Of a DNA stretch of 64,000 nucleotides, positions 1 to 8,733 are shown in pieces (positions within the stretch are counted from its first letter, which is position 1; every line of letters begins with the position of its first letter). A model generated the notes under the pieces. The model saw nothing but the letters and a program-made list of their open reading frames with translations, searched no databases and was not told the DNA's origin. The stretch spans positions 1,440,001-1,504,000 of the forward strand of contig CAWANH010000028.1 of NCBI GenBank assembly GCA_963783375.1, read 5' to 3'. The translations under genes and the position numbers were made by a program. The stretch comes from Candidatus Eiseniibacteriota bacterium (lineage in GTDB: Bacteria > Eisenbacteria > RBG-16-71-46 > JABDJR01).

Positions 1-1
1 A

Positions 2-856
2 CGAGAGCAACCCGAGATCGCAGACCGCTACGCACGCCTTTCACCCTCTCAGCTTCACAATCAACTCAAAGCAGATAGAGCATTACAACAAAAGATTAGC
101 CAAATTGACTTCGAGCTTCTTAGGCAAGCACTGAGGCAACGGTTTCTTGAGTCTCTCTCAGTGTACGGCGCAACGCTCATTCTCTTCACTGTCGGCATTG
201 TCGCGTTTGTCCGCACGATCTCGGCACGCCCTCTTCGTCTATCCGATTTCCACATCGAGAGCATAGATGACCACGCGAAGGGTCTTGCTGTCGACACCGA
301 CACCTTGAGGGTTACCTGGAGGTCAGAAGGAACGTCCGCAGATGTGAGTTGCTATTTGCAAAATCTTCAGACTGGACGACGGTCGGACATTGAGCGCACT
401 TCAGCAACCGAGCAAAATCTACTCTTTTCACCGACCTCCTACGTTGCTGTCCTTGATGCTCGGACCCGCGGATCATTCAATCGTATCCGGGCGGTTTTCA
501 CAGCCAGCAACAGTACATTTCAGTCTGAGGAATTCAAGCTGTACGTTGGGTTAACAATTCTCGCTTTCTATGATTCCACAGACAATTAGCTATGTGCCGC
601 AGCACTGATTGATAACGCTTCGATTCCGTGGTACCACTTTCGTGCCAAACTGATAGTACAAAGGATTGGACCTACCTTGGATTGGATTGGCTTTGGGGAC
701 TCGATGGCAAGCCCCAAGACCTGCTATCACGTGGCGTCGCCTGACTCCTTGGAGTGGTCAACCCTCGCTGTTGCATACTTTGGACCGGATGATGATCGCC
801 TGGTTCGTTCTGAGATTTTGGTCGGTGACACAACCCCCGGTGTATCACCTGATTGA
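2..856 (+). pseudogene. 5'-truncated (window edge) membrane-anchored hypothetical protein interrupted by an in-frame TAG at 587-589
   Basis: Frame is open from base 2 to TAG 587-589, then stays open for 88 more codons (LCAAALIDNASIPWYHF...) to TGA 854-856. One hydrophobic segment (VYGATLILFTVGIVAFV). GC near 50% by eye. Confidence 0.55.
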
Positions 857-899
857 ACTTTCATCCCGGATCGTCGCTACATAGACCTTCTCGGCATCC

Positions 900-1020
900 C
901 GGGCCACCCGGCTCTCCATGTCACCGCAAAGACGTAGGCCTGCTCATAGACCTTCTGCGGGTTCCCGGCGAAGTTGGTAACGACGAACCGGGGGTTGTCC
1001 TTGGGCCTTTTGCCGGGGGG
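900..1020 (-). mobile_element. IS1380-family transposase remnant (short, frameshifted fragment)
   Basis: Minus strand reads DNPRFVVTNF..PQKVYEQAY, then in a shifted frame GDMESR; this resembles the IS1380 NPRFVVTNL...Y..RG.MENRIKE segment. Confidence 0.6.
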
Positions 1021-1304
1021 CCAGTAGCCGCTCCGCCTTGTAGTCCACCGGGCGGCAGCGAGGCCAGGCTTGGGGTTAGTTGCTAGGTCTGGCCGTGATA
1101 GCGTTGCGGCAGGTCCTTGCCTGAGGTTGAGGGCTTGTAATTGCCGATGACACAATGAAGTCGAGGATTTGTGTAATCCTCTTGGTAGATGACGAGCGAG
1201 CCCGGGCGGGCAGGGGGGGGGTGCCACCCAGCCCCTTGGCAAAGGCACCCGTCCTGAGCGACACTCCCCACGCAGACATTGAGCCTCTGTCAGCGGAGGT
1301 AAGC

Positions 1305-1694
1305 GTGGCGCGCAAATCGGCAGTAAAGAAGCGGATCAGCTCGGAACAGATTGGCCGAGCCTTTGAGACGCTCAACGGTGATTCGGAGACTCGTCTCAAA
1401 CGCCTCATGGACGAGACGGGTTTGGAGGCTGCGAAGCTCATCAAGATCCTGGTCACATATAGGGCGCGGCACTGGGTCCAGCAGGAGTTCCCCGGCTACG
1501 CCAGTGCAGGCGAAGGCCGGAAGCCGGCGAAGGACAAAGTCACAGTGTTGGCCGCACTCAACAAGGCTGGTTCCATCGTCCAAGCCGCGAAGCTGCTCAA
1601 GACCACCCCGATCACGCTCAACCGTTGGATCGGCTACTACAAGCTGAAGCAAATCATCGAGTACGGGGGCGAGAAGAAAATCTCCTGGAAGTAG
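1305..1694 (+). CDS. Putative DNA-binding protein: RHH/CopG-like N-domain plus C-terminal Fis-type HTH
   Basis: GGAGG RBS at 1295-1299 before GTG 1305. C-terminus VLAALNKAGSIVQAAKLLKTTPITLNRWI is HTH_8-like. Confidence 0.6.
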   Translation: MARKSAVKKRISSEQIGRAFETLNGDSETRLKRLMDETGLEAAKLIKILVTYRARHWVQQEFPGYASAGEGRKPAKDKVTVLAALNKAGSIVQAAKLLKTTPITLNRWIGYYKLKQIIEYGGEKKISWK

Positions 1695-1699
1695 GGCGG

Positions 1700-1951
1700 T
1701 CAGTCGTCCTCGTTCTCGAAATTGAGTTCGATATCCTCCGGTTGCAACCTGGGCAACGACCGATCAGGGAACGTCTCGCGTGCCCAGTTCTCGGCGTAGC
1801 GCACAGCCACGGCACGAATCACGGCCCGCCCCGGGAGCCCCGTGTGCTCCACGATCCGGGCGAGACGGCGCTCCGAGGGACCTTTCAGACTGAAGTACAG
1901 ATCCGCCAACTCCCTACCGGTGAACGTCTTCGAGGCGTCGATCGGTAACAT
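1700..1951 (-). CDS. Small RHH/CopG-like protein, paralogue of the N-domain of 1305-1694
   Basis: ATG 1951 after GGGGG. FSLKGPSERRLARIVEHTGLPGRAVIRAV has a strand-helix-G-helix pattern; acidic tail. Confidence 0.55.
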   Translation of the reverse strand: MLPIDASKTFTGRELADLYFSLKGPSERRLARIVEHTGLPGRAVIRAVAVRYAENWARETFPDRSLPRLQPEDIELNFENEDD

Positions 1952-2046
1952 CGTACCCCCAGTCGTTGATCGCCCACCCCACCTCTCTGAAAACGACTGG
2001 GGAGACACGATTCGGAAAGAGACGTGTGGGCAGGTACAGAGAGTGT

Positions 2047-2871
2047 CTAGCGAGGAGCAGCGAGAACCGCTTCAAACCCGGATGGGGTCCGGTAGGTCAC
2101 GGCGAGGAAGGTCCGCCCGGACGTTTCGCTGCCGACGGGCGTTCGAATCTGGAACCGGTCGCCCTCGGCTGGCAGTTCGCCCCAGGAAAGCGTTAACGCT
2201 GGCAACCTGAGGATCGCCAGCCGACAGTCCGAGGCCTCAGGAGGGATGGATGCCTGATAGGTGCCGCCTCCCTCGGTCCGGAACGAGACCGTGCGTCCGC
2301 CCTGGGTGGTAGCGGGCGGGACCGGCTCCCCCTCGACGACGATTCCCCCCTCAGTCCATCGGAGTCTCTGGCGGAAGGCCAAGAGAGCGGCTTCTCGGAA
2401 GTCTTGAGGTGGTCGTGTCTGGGTCGCCTTGGACCCACGAACCGCGTCCACTTGGAACTGCTCACCGTAGTAGGGCGTATCCGCCACGAAACTAAGGGCT
2501 TCCCCGGATGGGTGCCGGACGCCACGAGCCAGGCCAATGGCGACGGCCAGCACGGCCGCCAGGCCCATCAGGAGTTGGATCGTCCGGGAGGGCCTGCGCT
2601 TGCGCCGCCGTTTGGGCACCACGGGGCGCGGCAGGGTCTGGAACTTCAGGGTGCCGCGCGCGATGGCGGCCAGGCCGACAAGCTCCTCCCGGAGCTCTCC
2701 GGATTGCGCGAGGAGCTGTGTGATGCGCTCCCGGTCCTCGGGAGTTACCGTTCCGTCAAGATAGTCCTCCAAGAGCTCGAGATCCACCTCCTCCGGGGAC
2801 GACCGGAGGGCGAGGGATCGGAGGGCCGCTGAGAGTTCGGTGTCCGTCATGTGCTTCGCTTCACGCGCCAT
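2047..2871 (-). CDS. Membrane-anchored anti-sigma factor (zf-HC2-like N-domain lacking the Zn ligands, one TM, extracytoplasmic domain)
   Basis: ELLEDYLDGTVTPEDRERITQLL anti-sigma motif; basic stretch, then TM LLMGLAAVLAVAIGLA; directly downstream of an ECF sigma. Confidence 0.75.
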   Translation of the reverse strand: MAREAKHMTDTELSAALRSLALRSSPEEVDLELLEDYLDGTVTPEDRERITQLLAQSGELREELVGLAAIARGTLKFQTLPRPVVPKRRRKRRPSRTIQLLMGLAAVLAVAIGLARGVRHPSGEALSFVADTPYYGEQFQVDAVRGSKATQTRPPQDFREAALLAFRQRLRWTEGGIVVEGEPVPPATTQGGRTVSFRTEGGGTYQASIPPEASDCRLAILRLPALTLSWGELPAEGDRFQIRTPVGSETSGRTFLAVTYRTPSGFEAVLAAPR

Positions 2872-2883
2872 CGGTCATACCCT

Positions 2884-3525
2884 CTACCGTCCGAGTTCCA
2901 CGGAGATCCCCGTCCGCTCCAGTTGCTCGGTGAGCTTCCTCCGGCAATAGCGAACCTGGTCCGAGAGCTTCTTGTTCTCACTTGGCCCGGCTCCCAGGAG
3001 AATCTGAAGCTCTTGGGGTGTGTAGCCCTCGGCCGCGGCCTTGAGGAGGAGCTGACACTGTGGCGAGAGATGCTCCAAGGCCACCTCGACCTGCCGGAGG
3101 AGCTCCGCGAGTTCGGCTTGAACCTCGGGATCTGGCTCGGAGCTCTCAAGGGCCTCCAAGAGCTCACTTAGATCTTCGTGCCGGCGGTGCTGCTCGTATT
3201 TCATGCAATCCCGCGTGCGATTGCGAAGCACCGTCCAAAACCAGGAGGCGAAGGCCCGCCCCTTGTTTTCGTAGCTCCGCAACCGCCGGAAGTCATCCTC
3301 TCGAAGATCGAACAGAAGTTTTTGAAAGAGGTCAGCTTGATCCTCTTCGGACAGAGAACGAAAGATGGCTGGAGGTCGGAGCTGAACCAGCCGCCACGCA
3401 TAGACATAAAGCTCTTCCCACGCCTTCTCGGGATTGGCGTCGAGCCAGTCCATGAAGGACGGCCAAGGATCAGCGAGGATGGAAAAGGCGACAGGGTCCG
3501 TCCGGCCTGTCTCGACCTGAGACAT
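2884..3525 (-). CDS. ECF-family RNA polymerase sigma factor
   Basis: Region 2 (AWEELY...DLFQKLL...FASWFWTVLRNRTRD) and region 4 (ALEHLSPQCQLLL...EGYTPQEL...CRRKL). Start trimmed to ATG 3525. Confidence 0.85.
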   Translation of the reverse strand: MSQVETGRTDPVAFSILADPWPSFMDWLDANPEKAWEELYVYAWRLVQLRPPAIFRSLSEEDQADLFQKLLFDLREDDFRRLRSYENKGRAFASWFWTVLRNRTRDCMKYEQHRRHEDLSELLEALESSEPDPEVQAELAELLRQVEVALEHLSPQCQLLLKAAAEGYTPQELQILLGAGPSENKKLSDQVRYCRRKLTEQLERTGISVELGR

Positions 3526-3607
3526 GCGCCAGACTGTAGTGACACTCGGCACCTCACTGCAATGCACAATGCTGAGCCTCGCCTGTTTCCCCCATCGAGA
3601 TAACGTT

Positions 3608-4627
3608 TCAGGCGGCGGATTTCGGAATAGAAACCGCCAAATGTGCTGCTTTGAGAGAGTTCCAGGGGCAGCCCAAGTCCTCCGCCTGCCCCGTGGCCAC
3701 CCCCTGTAGCCACGGGGCCAATCTACCGGGATCGAGGACAAGGGTTCCGTCGGGGTTGATCCGGCCGACCCGGTTCCGGGAGTCGGTAAGGGCGACCGTG
3801 CACTTGTTGAGGTCTCCGTTCGCCCGGATGACCCAGGATGTGGCCATGGCCGCGTAGCAGATTGGAGGCGGTGGTGGGGCGGCATAGAGCCCAAGTTCCT
3901 CTGCTCTGTGCCGCAAGACCGCGATCGTCTCGTGCCCGTTGTGCCCGTCTAGTACGGGCAAGATCGGATCGTTCACTCCCCCGAGTCGCTCCAACGGCCG
4001 GATGAAAAAGGAGAACCGTGCGTCGTGCGCGAACGCCTGGGCACACTCCGTGAGGAGCTCTGGCAAGCGTTCGGCATTGGCCCGGGTGACATGGATCCGG
4101 ACGATCACAGAGAAGGGCAAGCGCTGGTCCTTTAGCGCGACGAGGCTCTCCCAGACTTGGGCGAACGTCCCCCTGCCGTTGGGGCGCTTCCTCACCGCAT
4201 CATGGTCGGGCTCAACCCCATCGAGGGTGATCTGGTAGTGCATGACACCGAGCCGAATGAGCTCCTCGGCGGTTCCGGGGGAGAGAAGGTCGCCGTTTGT
4301 GGTCATGTCCGAATCGACTTGGACCGCGGGATGCCGAGTGCGCAAATCTTGGACGTGGGCCATGATCTCACGCACGACGTCAAGGGCGACGAGCGGTTCC
4401 CCACCGAACCAGGACAGATCGAGCCGGCAGAGGTCGGGCACGCGAACATCGAGCAACCGTTTGATCCCCTGCACCACGGGCGGAGGCATGCGGGACAGCC
4501 GGAAGTCCTCGTAGCAGTAGTGGCAGCGGAAGTTACAGCGCTCGGTCGAAAAGAGGACGAGATGGAGCCGTCGGGACGAGAGGGCCTTCCCGTACCCCGA
4601 AGCTCCGCTCTGCTTGGTGGGTCTCAC
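3608..4627 (-). CDS. Radical SAM enzyme with Twitch/SPASM-like C-terminus (putative peptide maturase)
   Basis: CNFRCHYC motif, WFGGEP, MTTNG, QITLDG; C-terminal Cys in ICYAA, NKCTVAL and GCPW. GTG 4627 lies 8 nt after the peptide stop. Confidence 0.9.
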   Translation of the reverse strand: MRPTKQSGASGYGKALSSRRLHLVLFSTERCNFRCHYCYEDFRLSRMPPPVVQGIKRLLDVRVPDLCRLDLSWFGGEPLVALDVVREIMAHVQDLRTRHPAVQVDSDMTTNGDLLSPGTAEELIRLGVMHYQITLDGVEPDHDAVRKRPNGRGTFAQVWESLVALKDQRLPFSVIVRIHVTRANAERLPELLTECAQAFAHDARFSFFIRPLERLGGVNDPILPVLDGHNGHETIAVLRHRAEELGLYAAPPPPPICYAAMATSWVIRANGDLNKCTVALTDSRNRVGRINPDGTLVLDPGRLAPWLQGVATGQAEDLGCPWNSLKAAHLAVSIPKSAA

Positions 4628-4635
4628 TTGGCGCG

Positions 4636-4839
4636 TCAGCACTTGTAGTTCGGAAGGATCGGCGGCCAGTCGTCTCCGTTGGGCTCCTGTAACGATGTGG
4701 TAAGCGTGGACACCACGCGGCCATGCGCGTCGAATTGGAGTTCGTGGCGGACAGGCATCTGGGCGTGCGCGGGCCGAGTTCCGAGGAGAAGGGTGACAAG
4801 CATGGCGCCTTGGAGCGTATACGTCGCAGATCGTTCCAC
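4636..4839 (-). CDS. 67-aa secreted peptide, candidate RiPP precursor
   Basis: GGAGG RBS 6 nt before GTG. Hydrophobic core AMLVTLLLG and AHA signal peptidase site; C-terminus EPNGDDWPPILPNYKC. Fills the CHAT-rSAM gap. Confidence 0.7.
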   Translation of the reverse strand: MERSATYTLQGAMLVTLLLGTRPAHAQMPVRHELQFDAHGRVVSTLTTSLQEPNGDDWPPILPNYKC

Positions 4840-4884
4840 AGCAGACCTCCGGTCGAAACGGACACCGCCCCACGGCGGAGGTCG

Positions 4885-7857
4885 CTAGTCTCCGACCGCG
4901 AGGAAACAGGCCCAGTAGTAGGGATGAGTTGGTCTACCCGTAGAACGCCTGATCTGGAGAGTTTCGGACGAGGTATAGAAAGCCGCAACACTTGCCGAGC
5001 CGTCACGGTCCAGGAAGTGATCGTAGAAGCGCAGGCACCAGTCCCGACTCGGGTGATCTCCGATGTCCCAGATGGAAAGGATCGCGCTGTGTGCACCGGC
5101 GAGACGGAACGCGCGGTAAAGGCCAGCCACGCGCTCGCCCGGGAGCGCCGTTCCCTCGGATGACCGACAGCTAGAGAGGAAGACCAGCTCGACCGAGGAG
5201 AAGTCCTCCAAGGCGATCTCCCGTTCGCCCCAGACTCCGTCAAAGCCGCTCGAGTCAGCTAGCGGCCTGACTAGTCGCAAGCCGGCGCACGGCTCTCCGG
5301 TGAGCGGATCGGTCCAGTCGACGCCGTGGGCCGCAAGGTGCACAACGCGGGAGCCCGGGATGCGGCGAGGAAGGACACTCTCCCGCGCGGACGTCCCGGT
5401 GAGCAATGTCACTGGTTCACCCGGTCGGCGCTTCTTCCAAAGGGTAACGACTTGCTCCGCCTCATCGAGCGAGGCGGGGAGCTCAGCCGGGGCTCCTGAC
5501 CCCCATGCGGAGTAGTCAACACCACCGACGGCCAGAAGCCCCTTCCCGGTGGCCTCGCTCGCGGGCGAGATGAGCTCCCGCTCGCTCTCGGCGAGCCGGA
5601 AGCTTCCGAGCTCTTCCACGAGGTACGAGGTACGACCACGGGGGAGGGCAAGGACATTCACGTTCCACAGCGGCCCCGTCGGGATCAGCACGAGATCTTT
5701 GGGGAGGTTGCCGCCGAAGATGGGGTCCAACAACAGGTGGCGGAGGGCGGCGCCGAGGGATCGGTACGCCGCTTCTGCCCCGTCGGGGTCCAAGATGAGT
5801 TCCTCGGGGGCTTGCTCCATGAGGGTCTGTTGGCTGGTGACGAGGGTGTCAATCCGGCTGGCGGCCCCCAGATCCTGGAAGCGGACGTCCTTCTCAGGCT
5901 CCATGAGAAAGGCTCCGTAGTGAGGGGCGTTGCCTTTGCCGTACTGGACGTAGGCGATGAGCGTTGTCTCCGGGGGGAGCCCTTTGCGGAGGGCCTGAGT
6001 ATCCAGGGTCGGACGAGTTGGGGTGATCGGCCGGGAGGCAGCCAAGCGTTCTTCGAACCGCGCGATTTCGCCGTCCAGCCGCTGAAGCAACTTGGGAGAG
6101 ACGGGTGCGAGGCCCTCGACCGGGTCCATGGTGAGCAGGTTGGCCAGGTGCCGCTTGAGAGTACGGAGCGTGTCCGGTTCCGCTCCTAGCTCTCGTCGGC
6201 GCGTGAGTTCGTCGAGAAGTGAGCCGCGCGAGCCGATGGCGAGCGTCCATGCCGCCTCGACGAAGCGACTTCCCTTGCATGCGTCGTCGCTCAGGAGAGA
6301 GAGGAGGAGATCCAGGGAGGAGACCTCCTCCTTCCAGTAGGCGCTGATCTGCTCGGAAGTCATCGCCTGGAGGTTGAGCTGGTACCGATGGAGAGAGGCG
6401 GAGGCGGCATCATAGGCGAGCTCCCAGGCCGCGCGCGGATGACCTTGGGCGGAGCGAAGCTCACCCGCGGTTTCGTCCACTTTGGACCGAACGATGTGGT
6501 CCCGTGGTAGGGCCTTGACGGAGCTCAGAGCCTGAGCCGCCCAGCGCTCAGCCTCGGGCAGCCGGCCCCGGGCGGATAGGAACCGCACGTAGTCGGCGGC
6601 CAGGGAGCCAAACAAGGCCGGCTCTTTGGAGGGGTCCGCGTTCGCAAGACCCTTCTGGAAGAGCGAATCGGCACGGTTGGTACGACCGAGGCGCACGTCC
6701 AAGCGTGCGAGACGGGCCAGGGTGGGAACGGTCAAGGGGGAGTTGGCTCCGTAGATTCCCGTGAAGTATTTGAGGCTCGCCCGCAGCGTGTCGACCCCAG
6801 CCTGAAAGTGACCCTCCCTCTCCAGGATGTATGCCTGGATGGAGTAGTTCCGATTTCTCGTGCGCTCATCGGCGCCGTAGCGCTTGGCCACCTGCCGAAA
6901 CCGCTCCTCGAGCCGTTTGGTACCCGGGAGGTCTCCCAGGCGGCTTGTGATCTCTGCCGCCGTGACCGTTGTCCCCGCCGCGAGGGCCTTCTCGAGGTCC
7001 GGATGCCGCTCGATCGTCTCACTCACCTCGGTGATGACTTTGAGGGCGTCCCGGAAGTCTCCCTCCGCGGCGAGGCAAACGGCATATCCCCATCCGGTCT
7101 GGCAGAACAAGTGCGGCAAGCGGTTGCGGCGTGCCTCATAGGCCTGACGATAGAGATCCTCTGCCTCCGGCAAGCGACCCATTCCATGGAGGATCACGGC
7201 ATAGTCGTTACTCGTCCAGGCGAGATCGAGATCTTGCGGGGAAAGGACACGCTTCCTCACCTCGTAGACATGGGCGATGTGCTGGAGAGCCTCGGCGCGT
7301 CGCTTGAAGTGATCCAGGGTCTGTGCAAGCCCATGCTCGGCCCACAGGGTCTCGCGGTCGTCCGGTCCCAGGGTCTTGACGAGGATCTGCCAGGATTTGA
7401 GGAAGTCCCGATGGGCGGCTTCGAAGTTCCCAGTTGACAGATTCCAGCGAGCGTACCGCTCCAGGGTTATGTCGTAGCCGGCGGAGGAGTCGCCGGCGAC
7501 CGCGGCCCAGTCCGTCAGGGCGCGAGAGAGGTACTTGCCGGCCTCCTCAGTGCTGTCACCCCGGGCCAGGGCCCAGCCGTAGTCTCGGTGGAAGCGGGCG
7601 GAGAGGGAATCGGGTGGGCCCGAGGAGTCTAAACACCCGAGAAGCCGAGTGTAGGCAATGAGCGCCTCGGGGAAACGGCGGTTGGCGAGCAGGCTGTCCG
7701 CCACCGTAAGTTCTTGACGTATAACGGATTTGCTGCATGGCCACGACACCTCCTGGCAGAGACCGGGTACAGAGGTGATGCAGGGGGACAGGGCCAAGGC
7801 CACCACGGCGATGCAGCGGGCTGGCCACGTGGCTGGAGAGGCTGTTTTGGGGTTCAC
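4885..7857 (-). CDS. Exported TPR-CHAT (caspase/separase-like) protease
   Basis: N-terminal signal-like sequence and many TPR-like helical repeats; CHAT motifs LVLIPTGPL, VVHLAAHG (His), LVFLSSCRS (Cys), HPYYWACF. Confidence 0.9.
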   Translation of the reverse strand: MNPKTASPATWPARCIAVVALALSPCITSVPGLCQEVSWPCSKSVIRQELTVADSLLANRRFPEALIAYTRLLGCLDSSGPPDSLSARFHRDYGWALARGDSTEEAGKYLSRALTDWAAVAGDSSAGYDITLERYARWNLSTGNFEAAHRDFLKSWQILVKTLGPDDRETLWAEHGLAQTLDHFKRRAEALQHIAHVYEVRKRVLSPQDLDLAWTSNDYAVILHGMGRLPEAEDLYRQAYEARRNRLPHLFCQTGWGYAVCLAAEGDFRDALKVITEVSETIERHPDLEKALAAGTTVTAAEITSRLGDLPGTKRLEERFRQVAKRYGADERTRNRNYSIQAYILEREGHFQAGVDTLRASLKYFTGIYGANSPLTVPTLARLARLDVRLGRTNRADSLFQKGLANADPSKEPALFGSLAADYVRFLSARGRLPEAERWAAQALSSVKALPRDHIVRSKVDETAGELRSAQGHPRAAWELAYDAASASLHRYQLNLQAMTSEQISAYWKEEVSSLDLLLSLLSDDACKGSRFVEAAWTLAIGSRGSLLDELTRRRELGAEPDTLRTLKRHLANLLTMDPVEGLAPVSPKLLQRLDGEIARFEERLAASRPITPTRPTLDTQALRKGLPPETTLIAYVQYGKGNAPHYGAFLMEPEKDVRFQDLGAASRIDTLVTSQQTLMEQAPEELILDPDGAEAAYRSLGAALRHLLLDPIFGGNLPKDLVLIPTGPLWNVNVLALPRGRTSYLVEELGSFRLAESERELISPASEATGKGLLAVGGVDYSAWGSGAPAELPASLDEAEQVVTLWKKRRPGEPVTLLTGTSARESVLPRRIPGSRVVHLAAHGVDWTDPLTGEPCAGLRLVRPLADSSGFDGVWGEREIALEDFSSVELVFLSSCRSSEGTALPGERVAGLYRAFRLAGAHSAILSIWDIGDHPSRDWCLRFYDHFLDRDGSASVAAFYTSSETLQIRRSTGRPTHPYYWACFLAVGD

Positions 7858-8466
7858 AGGATCCGGTTGTGAAAAGATTCCGAAAATGGTCCCTCTCAGT
7901 CGTTACAAAAGAGGTGGGCCGGTCCAGCTCGGTAGTCACTCGCCGAGCGGTGGGGCCACGGCCCAGAGAGGATATCACGTGGTGCCGGCCCCCAGTCGAT
8001 GGTGGAGAAACGGGGGAAACTAGGCTTCTTCACGACCGTGGGGGAAGTTCTAGGTTTCTTCACTGCGGGGGCTGGCGCCATCTCCCGCAATCGGATCCTG
8101 CCCGGGAAATGGAAGCGGCTCTGTGACGCGTCGAGGGGGGAGTCATTGCCTAAGGAAGGCCAGAAGAGCGTGGCAAGCAAAGGGGTCAGGCCGGAGTACG
8201 GCACCCGATCAACGGGCGAACCCGAAAACACCCGGGTGCTAACAAATCCCGTGCGGCGCATGACCATAGGGAGCCCGCTCTTGATCGTTACTCGGACGGG
8301 CTCCTAGGTCAGAGAAGGACGCCAAGCCCCCTATTCGGCCACTTCTCTGGGGGCATGTAACTCCGCCAGTCTACTGCCAGCGGAACAGCAGGCGCAGTTG
8401 CGAACACGGACAGTTTGGAGACTTGAGTCCCGAGGCTTACCCTCGCACTCGCGCCCCAGAGAATAC

Positions 8467-8500
8467 GAAAGCCCCCATCCCGCAAGGGGATAGGGGCTTC
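8467..8500 (-). terminator. Intrinsic terminator after tRNA
   Basis: Hairpin GAAGCCCCTATCCCC-TTGC-GGGATGGGGGCTTTC immediately 3' of the tRNA. Confidence 0.7.
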
Positions 8501-8507
8501 CTAAAAT

Positions 8508-8584
<77 letters not shown>

Positions 8585-8733
8585 ACCTTCAAACTCTTGG
8601 TGGGCAAAAGAGAGTACTCAATCGCCCGGGGGGCGTCAAGCCCCATCCGGATCCGGACCACGCCCCGGCAAGCTCCACCGGCCCACCGGCATCCGGCCGC
8701 TCGCCGGAGCGCTTCACCCCGGCCCCGATTCGG

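Noticed and set aside
587-589. Stop-codon reassignment or pyrrolysine
   Set aside because: Many genuine genes in the window end with TAG and no pyl genes are visible.
1155-1304. Receiver-domain start (ILLVDDE) on the HTH protein
   Set aside because: The rest of a REC domain is absent, and a strong RBS supports GTG 1305 as the start.
4885-7857. Type III-E Craspase (Csx29) locus
   Set aside because: No Cas7-11 or array in the window, and this CHAT has an export signal.
7896-8307. ORFs 7896-8267(-) and 7999-8307(+) as genes or a second precursor
   Set aside because: No recognisable motifs or convincing signal peptide; more likely the regulatory region.
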